This document shows, in pieces, positions 1 to 10,137 of a stretch of 64,000 nucleotides of DNA; position 1 is the stretch's first letter; each line of letters begins with the position of its first letter. The notes under the pieces were generated by a model. The model was given only the letters and a program-made list of their open reading frames with translations. It was not told the DNA's origin and ran no database searches. A program made the position numbers and the translations under genes. The stretch comes from Lingula anatina (Eukaryota > Animalia > Brachiopoda): positions 34,491,967 through 34,555,966 of the forward strand of contig CM120640.1 of NCBI GenBank assembly GCA_051362555.1, given 5' to 3'.

Positions 1-687
1 TTGCATGAGCAGCTTTCTCATGTGTAACCTGTACCTCATGCTAGAAATTAGTCTGCCATTTGTATTCGTTGAACAAGTTGCGATTATAAGAAGAATGTTA
101 TAATGTCTGTATTTGTAAAACATTTGCCAAATGCTTAGGATGATTTATTTTTGGTTGGTTGGCTAAAGATATGAAAAATATCTGATTGTCATTAGGGCTT
201 TCCTTTTGAGATTATTTATTGATTTGATAGAAACTTGAATTAATGACTAAAACCAATAGCTTTCAAGAATTTCTATTTTTACATCTGAAGCCACCACTTC
301 TTAAGATTGATAATCATTTTTTGGGGTGTGTGGTGGTGTTGAGAGGGGGGAGGGGTGTTACCAATAACTGATTTAAATTAGGTAAATTTAACTTGATATC
401 TATACTTTTGAGAGGTGTATGTATTATCTATCAAGGAATTAGATATCTAACATATGTTTGATTTTTTAGGTCTCTGCAAAAATCTCCTTGGATTGAATTT
501 AGGAACAGAGGAACAGAAAACACATCCAGTGCCATGATTAATTTTATTAAACTATGAATATTTAACAATCTTGGCAACAGTCAAGTGCTTCACTCCTAAT
601 GGATGCAGGAAAGGTGTTCTTGACTGAAAGCTGGAGAATGTATGAAAACACATACATGTTGGCAGATAAATGTGAGGGTGTATGTGT

Positions 688-688
<1 letters not shown>

Positions 689-726
<38 letters not shown>
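689..726. repeat. (CA)n microsatellite
   Basis: Dinucleotide run read directly. Confidence 0.95.
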
Positions 727-727
<1 letters not shown>

Positions 728-3536
728 TCACACAATTGTTCATAATCCTCATATGTCTGTGTCATCACACACCTCAGCGGAACTTGTTGTTTTCAGATTT
801 AAAAGAGTGGAAATGAGACGGGAGCTGGGAATGGAAGCCACTGGCCAAAAGGGTTCAGATTGGCAAATACGTTAATGTGTGGGTTAATGATTTTAGACCA
901 AGGCTCTGTGTTCATGACACAAATATTCATAGCACTTAATACACGATACATCAGAATTAAAATTGAGATCATCATCATCAGTTTCTGTGCTGCATGAAAT
1001 AATCCAGTTTGGTTTTGCGAACTTTTACGTAGTAAACCCCAGACACCAATTAAGCATGGAATTCGGATTTTCTAGGTAAGGATACAAGTGTGCTTGTTGC
1101 CATGGAAAGGTCTTGTTTTCTAGTGTCATACTGTCATATTTCATATGAAAAAAATATTATTCAAACCAGATTCATTTCATGATATATCTGTGTATGCCTT
1201 GTGAAAGTATAGTGTTCATTTACCAGAGCCATGAGAAATTTGGACAATGTTCAGATGTTTAGATTATCAGGAAAATGTATGTTATAATGGTTCTTTTCTC
1301 AAATTAGCCATTGATTCGACTATCCATAATTTCACTCAATTTGACTAAATTGATTCGTGAGAGAGGCAAGAGAGATAATTAGTACTGTCAGCCAATTGGA
1401 CGAATTAAGACAATTATGTTGCCCTCATGGCTGCGTATGATGTTCTTATTGGTGAATTTGAACATTACGCAGGTCAATAACCAGAAAATATCTCAAAAAT
1501 GCGTTCATATGCAAGAAAACGGTGAAATTATTTCCTGAATTAGCTGCAACTGGAGCAATCATTGCAGCCACTGGGATTTCAGCACTAAGGAATGAAACAA
1601 GTAAACAAACAGCAACAGCATAAAACAAATAATGTATATATCTATACAAATTGTCCAAAAAGGTGTTAGTTTAGGTATTTTCTATACAAAACTTAAAACC
1701 ATTTGTTCCCAGGTATCTCGGTGGTAGCCCAGCAGACGAGAGCTAAAACGTAAACCAAGATGGCCACTGAGGAGAGCGGGGGGGCAGACACTACTGCCAA
1801 GCCAATAGATGAACAATCCTAGAAATTATTTATGTAATCAAGTGAAGAAATGTGTGAGTTAGGTTTTCATTTGGAACAGAAGAGGTTAAATTGATCATGG
1901 ATAGTCAGTATAACGAAGAAAGATGATTATATTTTCTCCCCACAGCAATGCCTGCATGGACAAAATCTCTAGAGGCCTGCCACACAGACGACGATGATTG
2001 CTTGCTTTTAAATGGGTTCACAGGATTTTATTTAATTTCTGTGATTCCCTGGTTACCGGTCAAGGTTCCATGATTCCATTACCTTACTGAACTTGACCTT
2101 CAGTAACCCATATGAGTAGACTTTGTCATTGTTGTTTATTTACTGTGACCTATAATAAATGCTGCTTTAATATTGCCTTTGTTTATTTATGATAGTAAGA
2201 AAAGCGATATAAAATTTTAACAGGCTGATCCCTTAAGTAGTGCATCTATTCTTGATACAGCTTCTGTGTGATTTAGCCTGCAGGACATAATCTCAGTCTC
2301 TTAAAATTTCCACAAATGCACGTAATCTTCTTATACGTGTGTGCTCTCACATGCTGTCTTATTTTTTTATACCCCAGGAGACGTTGAGAACAAAATGCCT
2401 AGTTTCTGTACATAGCTTGAATGCAGGTGCACCATGTATGAATGTGAACTACACCAGTTCTGAGTGGTTAATCATGTAAAATAAGTCATGTAACATTACT
2501 TACATCATTAACTTTGGCTGATTTTATTTCTGAGAATATGCAATATCTTACTCTGTAGATGTACATGCATCTAAATATAACCAAATGGGAAGCAAATGTA
2601 CCTAACATCTATGTCATTAAGCCATGGCACGTTACCAGCCATTTTTAGGTGGATTGGTGAAGAATGTTTGCCATAGCTTTAAAAGAAAAACTAACACCCC
2701 AAATAGCAGTCTGTAGAGGGATAACATTATATGTAAGCGCAGGATGATAATTGTTTTGAGACTTGGTTGTTGTTGATCTTTCACTTTCGTCATTTATTAT
2801 TGTCTGTGCTATCAACTATACTCACTGTGGTTTAAGTTTGAAATAGTTTTGATGATAAAGTGTATGGAATATCAGTCATAACAGAGGTTTTAGCCTTCGC
2901 CGTTAACAAATCATGGTGTAAGAAGATCATAATGTTATTGATAGTAAAATGTATGAAATCTCAGTTATGTCAGGATGTTATTGCTTTCCCTATCAGTAAA
3001 CCAAGAAGATGAATGTTACATTGATGGTAAAATGTCTGAAATGCCATGTTTTGTGTACATGTTCACTACGGGTTAGTCAGTGCATAACAACTAGTTGTAA
3101 TGTCACACTTGGTTGATAGGGAGTTACGAGAGTCCTTTCTGTGTACCTTATCATAAACCTTGACTGGCTGTATTTTTTTTATCTTGTCAGGCATTTGATG
3201 TAGTGCAAATCCATATCGTTCTATTTTTTATGGAGATTCAATCCCTGAATGGAAAATGCGTTATCGTGATTATCCATGAGCAGATGGGGTTTTAAATTGG
3301 CAGTTTTCCTGCTTTCAAGTACAATCTAAGCTGAATACCTTTTACATTTGTTCCTCTTTTTTTCAGCAAAAATTATACTGTAGGATTAAGTGGAGATTTT
3401 ATCTTGACAAGTTTTATCCCTGTTTTCTAATTTGGTTGAATCTACAGCGTTCAGCAGCAATGTTTTTTGGTCGACAGATTGTGTTGCGTGTTCCTGTTAG
3501 TGGTAACAAAGGTTTCTCACCTCTACTACATTTCAG

Positions 3537-3621
3537 AATAAAGACAGAAAACACAGAACGTATGTGTTTGTACTTCATGTTGAAGAGATGGTAGACCACT
3601 GGGAGGAGAAGACATCATTAG
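3537..3621 (+). CDS. NUDT3: DIPP-family Nudix hydrolase (diphosphoinositol polyphosphate phosphohydrolase), penultimate coding exon
   Basis: tttcag|AAT...TTAG|gtagac; 85 nt encoding NKDRKHRTYVFVLHVEEMVDHWEEKTSL(G), matching the remembered DIPP segment NQERKHRTYVYVLIVTEVLEDWEDSVNIG. Upstream exons carrying the Nudix box were not found in the window. Confidence 0.9.
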
Positions 3622-3777
3622 GTAGACCAATTTATTTATTTATTTATTTATTTAATGTTTGCCCAAGTGAAATCTGGCTCTGAAGTCGAGGGGTTGAACT
3701 CTCAAGAGGAAAGTATGTTCTGAGTTCTTTGATAATCTTGAAATTTGTCTCTTTCACACACAGTACACTCTTAGACT

Positions 3778-4020
3778 GGGTTCCCATGCCTAGATTGATC
3801 CATCTGGATCGGTCTAACTCCCTAAGGAGTCTCACTAAATTGTTATCAACTAAACCAGCTTAAATGTCTGGCACGCCTACCGAATCAGATAGGGTAAAGA
3901 TTATTCCCCCCCTAACAGCTTTACTAGGCGTGCCAGACATTTAAGCCAGTTAAGTTGATAGCAATTTAGTGAGACTCCCTAGGAAGGTAGATCGATCTAA
4001 ATATCTGTGGGAATGGTCCC
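3778..4020. mobile_element. MITE (PIF/Harbinger-like), family A copy 1
   Basis: Long inverted arms (gagtctcactaaattgttatcaac...cttaaatgtctggcacgcct / aggcgtgccagacatttaag...gttgatagcaatttagtgagactc); ends gggaatggtccc followed by TTA; homologous to 14405-14629. Confidence 0.8.
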
Positions 4021-4633
4021 TTAATGAACCAAGTAAGTACATACTTTGGCTTTTTTTCATCCAAATGTTCCCGTGAAATACACCACAGGCCTGAGCTTAT
4101 TTGTGCCCCCATTTGGTGAGCCTTTCCATGCATACTAAAATTGGCCGAGTCGAATTCTAAATTCTGTCTTTGGAGTTCAGCCTCCTTGAAAGAGCTTGAG
4201 AGCCTCTTTTTCAGCATGGTTGCTTGGACGAATTGAAATTTTTTTATGAATCTTAGATTTATACATATTTTTTTAGAATACCATTGATAGTTTCGTCTAA
4301 ATCACATCTAGACATGCTAGAAAAAGATCAAACTGCCTACAGGTTTCTTAAAATGAAATGATCTATCTTCATGAGTATTTTTCAATAGAGTTATTTAAAG
4401 ATCCAATGAAACCATTATCTCATAGATGTTTGGCTTTTCATGACAAGCAATGCTGACAATTTTAAAAATGTGATTACATGCCATAGCTTGTTTTCGGAGA
4501 TGGCATCTACCTATAATATTTTTTAGTAGCAAGTCAGCAAGAATATTTATGCCTCATGATGATGCTACAATAAAAAAAGGTTAAATATGAATGTGGTAAT
4601 AAAAAAGGCAACTGTTAAATAAGAATGTTGAAG

Positions 4634-4790
4634 TAGTTAAAAAAGTTTTCATTTATGATAGATCCAGATATTTGATTTACCTGTTGACTGTTTCATGTGT
4701 TCGCTCTGACAGACTTGGCCACAACTGAATTACTTGTTCAGGTGAAGGTGAACAGGTAATTATCTCAGTCTTGATGATGACTTGGTAGTC
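4634..4790 (-). repeat. Penelope 3' pseudo-LTR (left arm of inverted repeat)
   Basis: Lies just 3' of the ORF stop; its reverse complement aligns with 5795-5952 with scattered substitutions. Confidence 0.85.
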
Positions 4791-4819
4791 CTTCTTGCCC
4801 CCTTCCCCCAGGGTGGGTT

Positions 4820-5792
4820 TCAGAATTCATCATATACACGGGACATCTTGTGTGCTCCATCATATCTGTTCATAGTGTGTTTCTTTCTTCTTATCCGGAT
4901 GGATTCCAAAACTTTGCGTTTATTGTCATTATTTACACTGGTTATCACTTTTACATTATCCCATTTTGGCACATGGTTGTTCTCTGACACACGATCTGTG
5001 ATGGCAGATTTGTTTAAGACTCCTGTCGACATTGAGCGTTTGGATCTGGTGTTGACTCCCTCGCTTAAATTTTCCTTTACATCTTTCTTGTGCTCCTCTA
5101 GTCTTGTTTCTAGTTTTCTTCCCATTTCTCCAACATATACTTTGTCACAGCTCCCACACCCGATTTCATATACTATTCCACACTTTGTTTATCTTGTCTT
5201 TTGGGTGTACAAGCATGTGGTTTAAATGACACTCCAACATTTTCCTTCCTCATTGCATTCATGATTTTCTCTGAAATTCCTGGGATTGTAACTTGTCCTT
5301 TGGATTTTTCCACTTGTTTATCTTTCTTATTTTTGGATATCTTTCTTCCTGATCTTTTCATTTCCATTTGATGTTTCACCTTATTTATCATCCATTTTGG
5401 GTAATTACACTGTTTCAGTGCCTCTTCTATGGTGTTTTCTTCTTCCATTCTGTCCTCTGGTTCAGTCACCAGTTCATAGCACTGATCTAACAAAATGTCC
5501 TTACCACTGCCAATTTGTGTACTACTGGATGGTGAGATGTGAAATCCAGAAATTGGTTGTTGTGAGTTGGTTTTCTGTACATTTTGGTTTTTATGGACCC
5601 ATCTGCTTTGACTGTAATGTCTGTATCCAAGAATGCTATGTGGTTGTCCTTCATTTCTTCGTTGGTGAATTTTATGCTGCTGGAGAGGTCGGTGCTATTC
5701 ATGTGTTGGTTCACTGCTGCTGTAGTGTCCTTTGGTAGATGTCATCCACATATCTGAGCCATAGGCGTGGCTTGCACCAAAGGGGAGCTGTT
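4820..5792 (-). pseudogene. Frameshifted Penelope RT (C-terminal part)-GIY-YIG endonuclease ORF
   Basis: Pieces in different frames (ORF track 5487-5714, 5173-5493, 4820-5125, plus the YVDD segment at about 5740-5790) join only through at least 3 frameshifts. Confidence 0.88.
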
Positions 5793-5794
5793 TT

Positions 5795-5952
5795 GACTAA
5801 CAAGTCATCATCAAGACTGATGTAATTACCTGTTCACCTTCACCTAAACAGGTAATTCAGTTGTGACCAAGTCTGTCAGAGTGAACAGACGAAACAGTCA
5901 ACAGGTAAATCAAATATCTGGATCCATCATAAATGAAAACTTTTTTTAACTA
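5795..5952 (+). repeat. Inverted copy of the Penelope pseudo-LTR at the 5' truncation junction
   Basis: gactaacaagtcatcatcaagactga...atcataaatgaaaactttttttaacta is the reverse complement of 4634-4790. Confidence 0.85.
5860..5902 (+). ncRNA. Minimal type I hammerhead-ribozyme-like motif (G3-C8 core variant)
   Basis: gtt-GTGACCA-a-gtctgt(cagagtga)acagac-GAAA-c-a-GTC-aac: stem I gtt/aac, 6-bp stem II, GAAA, very short stem III, GUC site; lies in a Penelope pseudo-LTR, where such motifs are known to occur. Confidence 0.6.
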
Positions 5953-6047
5953 TCAAAACTGAGATCCAATGAAACTATTTTCGCAGGAATGTTGGAATTA
6001 ATATTGTGTGTTAATCAGACTTTTCATGTTTAATTAATTTTTTTCAG

Positions 6048-6157
6048 GTCGACAACGAAAGTGGTTCTCTTTGGAGGAGGCCAAAGCTAAGCTCTCTGCA
6101 CACAAGCCCGTGCAGTGTGAATACCTAAGTGTGATTCCCAATGGACGGCTGTCTTGA
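6048..6157 (+). CDS. NUDT3: DIPP-family Nudix hydrolase, terminal coding exon
   Basis: ttttttcag|GT CGA... phase 1, compatible with the previous exon; (G)RQRKWFSLEEAKAKLSAHKPVQCEYLSVIPNGRLS*, resembling DIPP GRKREWFKIEDAIKVLQYHKPVQASY; TGA at 6155-6157. Confidence 0.9.
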
Positions 6158-8867
6158 CAACTTGTGACATTAAAACTTTTTTTGAAACACCCTCTGTACT
6201 TTGTGTTGTAACATAGTGTGTAGATAATTCAGTATTGTACGGAAAGTTTTGTGTATGTGTTTCGTGCACAGTTGACATACGACTTCATATTATATCATGT
6301 CGCTTCCTCATACTTACATCATCGTACTCATTTTATTGCATCGATTCTCATCACATTAATTTAAATGGTGGTGATGTCACTATTTTGGACAGTTATTTTT
6401 TGCCTGTCGGTAGAAGGTTTCATGCAGGACAATTCTGAGTCACATTATTATTGCTACAAGGCAAAATGCATTACATGCCAACTAGATAACATACTGCATA
6501 AATTCATCAAATTATTCTTATAAATACGTCGGCAACATTGAGATCAGTATTCACTTGTATAAATTATTAAGATTTTTTTTCACTCTCTGTACCTTGTTCT
6601 AATTCAAGTTAGTGTAGTTAATATATGACTATGCCTATTATAACTTGCAACCAAGTGGCAAGGAAAAAAAACAGATTTTATATTAAAATGTAGTTATTTG
6701 TAAAAAAAAAATTAAGAGTATACTAAATGTGCAGGTGACAGAGTCAACGGTCTGCTTAAAAACTGGACAGTGTAAATTTAATTATAGCAAAATGTCAGAA
6801 ACTAGCTTCAAGGTGAAGATGGGCAAATGGGGAATGGTCAAGTTACCTATGGTGAGAGTCTATTTGAAATACACTGCCCTGACTGGTTGGAAATATTGAA
6901 TCAATGAAAGAGAAGATACTGTTGTTTTACTGCTCTTTTACAGAAGCCACTTGCAAATGGTCATTATTTTATTTCGTGTGCAGTTCAGGATGATTTTTCC
7001 AGTGATTAGTTTATGATTTTTCTTGATTTAATTTACTGTTGAATCTCTTCAGTTGTTATCCAGGTGTTACTTTTTTGTTTTTTGCTTCCCCCCACCCCCC
7101 TTACTGAACCTTCTGTTTTTGCATCGTTTTAGATTGAACCTTCACATGCTTTTTAATTCTATGAGACAACAGTTCAGCTTGTTTTTCTTTTCTCCAATCA
7201 TTTTAGTTACCTTTCTATGTGAACTGCTACACTGAATGTAAGAAAGGAAGAGAGGTGGTTACAATTATGGTCCCTCTCCCAGTATTATTTCTTCATTTTT
7301 GCTGTATTTCAGCCCACTAGCAGTATGTATATTTATTCTTTTGAAGTAATTACACCTCAAGCATTATTCCAATGGAAGAATATTGAGTTGAATTTCTTTT
7401 GCTGACTTTTGACATGAATAAATTTTTACTTGATTCAAGAAGTTGCTCTTTTTTATTGTCTCCAATAATTTGAGTAGATTCAAGTAATGAAAATGTAAAC
7501 CTGCAAAATAATACATCGAAAATAAATACTAAAATTGGAATAATTTCTATCACTGTCCTTTATTATGTATATTCTTAAGGAGAACTATGAAATGGCAATA
7601 CCTACTTAATGATTTCTTTATGACTAGTAACACTTCTTGCACAGTTTTATAGGGCTTGTGTATCAGCAGGCATCTTACTGATGCAGAATATCCTTCTTGT
7701 CAAACATTTCTTTCACTTCTATTTCACTGTCAAAACTGAAAATAATCCTGAAATTACCAAACAAATACACCTTGATCCTAAAGGTCAAAATACGTTTCAT
7801 TCTGTATCATGATTTCTAAAAAATTCCATTTCAGGTAACAGAAAAGCTAGACCGAGTTAACTTAAAAAAGTTGTACCTAAACCAGCTTTCAGAAAAAATA
7901 CTTTGCTCATTTTATACAATGAATAATTATACCATCTTGCAGTAATGTCAGTACCTAAGTTGAGTAAACAGAAAACAAGTGTTAAACAAATTCTCCAATT
8001 TTCTTCCTGTAAATGTCTCTCTTTAAATCTGCAACCTTAATCCTAACATCAATTCTTTTCGTTAATGCTCTCTCTGCTTTCACTAACTGATACACTGTCG
8101 AGTATTTGTGTATGCATTGCAATATCCACATTGGCATCACATATAGATCATGTACAAATATACAATGCAAATCAAATGGGACATTTAGTAAATAGTAGGC
8201 ATAGAAAACAAACTGCAGACTGGAAAAAAAAAAAATTCAATACAGAGGCAGATACATTTATGGGCATGATTCCTGTTTTCTCCTTCTGACTCCAACATTC
8301 TTATCACTAGATATAATGGTAACACGTAGTGGCTGAAATCTGGGGCATCCCCCCCAGTTCCAGTTTTGGCATGTTACTGATAATGTGGCACAATACTTCT
8401 ATACAATCACTGACAAATTTTACAATCTAGCTCTACACACAGAACTATTTACAGTCTACTTTTATAATTTTATTATTATATATTTATAGCTCTAATCTCA
8501 CTGTACACTATCTCATGCCTGTATCTACATGTAGTATATATGTCCGATGTCCATCCCTTTGGACACCCTTCTCCATCAACAGCTTTAGTGTGACCTCTTA
8601 AAAGAAAAAAAAAATCCATACTGCTCTTTCAAAACCTCTTTCTGAAAGTATTTGCACATAAATAATTCAAACACCTGAGTTTTCAACGCTTCAAGTCCCT
8701 TCAATGTCTAGACACCACTCGAATTGGCTCATTTCATGCTCATACCAGATGTGTGGCTATTTCAAGGGGTTACTAATAATATATCTCTTGGTCATAAATA
8801 GCTGTGGTATGGAAGTGTTATGCTTATGCTCTTCATTTTAACCAAATTTAGAAAAAAAAAAAACTTT

Positions 8868-9015
8868 CTATGCAAAAATCATTTCCCTCTTGTTGGATGA
8901 AAGTATGTGAAAAATATTTCTCTTTCAACTGACGAAAGTATGCAAAAAAATACTTCTCTTTCAACTGAATAAAGTATGCAAAAAAAAAAAAATTCCCTGG
9001 TTGGACGAAAGTATA
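8868..9015. repeat. Imperfect ~36-bp tandem repeat (about 4 units) in the putative liprin 3' UTR
   Basis: Recurring aaagtatg(c/t)...aaaaat and ttctctttcaactga / gttgga(t/c)gaaagtat. Confidence 0.7.
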
Positions 9016-9912
9016 CTCCAAATCGTAACACCATCTCACACTCTTACAATTTTGTTTTGAAATCTGTAACTTGATTGCTGAAGGAGGTAGACACCCCTCT
9101 TTCCTAACTGTAGTCTTTGTAAAGAGAATCTCATCATTTCCCAATACACTCCTCCCTCTCTAGTTACCCATGCAAAGCCCCTGCAAATAGGAAGAAAATC
9201 TTGCCCAAAATCCTCTGTTGTTTTTTTTTTTTTTAAACAATTTAGAAAATGAATGTCAGGATGTTGTTGTAAATGCTAAAATTGAGGTAGAAATGCACAA
9301 TACTTATTGCCTGTGATGTTTAATGGCAGGTATAAGTCACCAGGCTCTAGATAGAGGAGTATAATTAACAGAATTTAAGTATGAGCATCTAACCACACAA
9401 ACTAATATTGCACTCTCCATAATTATGTATAATATATATATCTATAAAAGCTGTTCAATATGATAATAAGAATTTGAATGGAACATGATTTTCAATTTGC
9501 AGCTTTTTCATTAAAATGACATGATTTGTTTAGTGTTCATACTCTTGAGTGCAAAACTCTCAAATACAATGGCATACCAACATGGCATTCCAGGTAAAGC
9601 ATACAAATAAATATGCCCTTGAAAACTTGTCAGCTTAACATCGATGTGCCTTCTTTAAGTAGTGCTTGCACTTCAGCTGAAACAGTTTCAGGACCAAGAG
9701 GCCGGCGACTAACAGAAATTTCTGGGATGTTGCAGAAAACAAGTCAGCATAACCAGCAGGGTTACCAGCCTTTTGTCTGGCAGTCAAAGCAATTTTACAG
9801 AGTGTTTCAACTGGGTCCCAATATCCATGAAATCTGTGGCAGTGAAATCTCAAAGTTCCTTGATCAAATGGCATGAGTGGTGGTGGTGTCAAAACACTGA
9901 AGGCTTTTCCTT

Positions 9913-10137
9913 TTATGAATTACTGTAAGTCCTGTGTTGGTCACTGCTGTTACTTTTTCTGGCGTTGGAACCGCTACTCCCTGGCGCTCTGGGTGAGTAT
10001 GGTGGCATCTGAACGGTATAATTCCCATCATGCTCATAGGGCGCCACCTCGTCTCGACTCACGCCTTTAGCAGGACTGTCTTTTTGTTTTAACTTTTTGC
10101 GCCATGATGGACCTCGACGTAACTTCCCACTATCTCC
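9913..10137 (-). CDS. Liprin-alpha: Liprin-alpha terminal coding exon
   Basis: ttttgcag|GGA; GDSGKLRRGPSWRKK...QHRTYSNS*, resembling the liprin-alpha RRxPSWRK and RTYS tail motifs; phase 0. Confidence 0.9.
   Translation of the reverse strand, partial: GDSGKLRRGPSWRKKLKQKDSPAKGVSRDEVAPYEHDGNYTVQMPPYSPRAPGSSGSNARKSNSSDQHRTYSNS

Larger units (their letters stand above)
4634..5952 (-). mobile_element. Penelope-like retroelement, 5'-truncated and decayed, with inverted pseudo-LTRs, in the last DIPP intron
   Basis: Minus-strand fragments read WLRYVDDI (RT motif), IKFTNEEMKDNHIAFLD...YRKPTH, and GIVYEIGCGSCDKVYVGEMGRKLETRLEEH...RKVLES...MNR (GIY-YIG). 4634-4790 and 5795-5952 are reverse complements of each other. 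Confidence 0.92.

Noticed and set aside
797-875. Acceptor-like tttcag followed by FKRVEMRRELGMEATGQKGSDWQIR*
   Set aside because: No similarity to DIPP, ends in a stop, and has no clear place in the gene model.
1713-1822. GC-richer exon-like patch with a short ORF MATEESGGADTTAKPIDEQS*
   Set aside because: All frames from the putative acceptor stop early; no recognisable homology.
4782-5738. Plus-strand ORFs of 147 aa and 113 aa
   Set aside because: Antisense shadows of the Penelope ORF.
8574-8590. Possible extra exon restoring a ...YSC* terminus (aaag|CTGTTGA on -)
   Set aside because: The only donor in the RTYS codons (A|gtaatt) is phase 1, whereas this acceptor would need phase 2.
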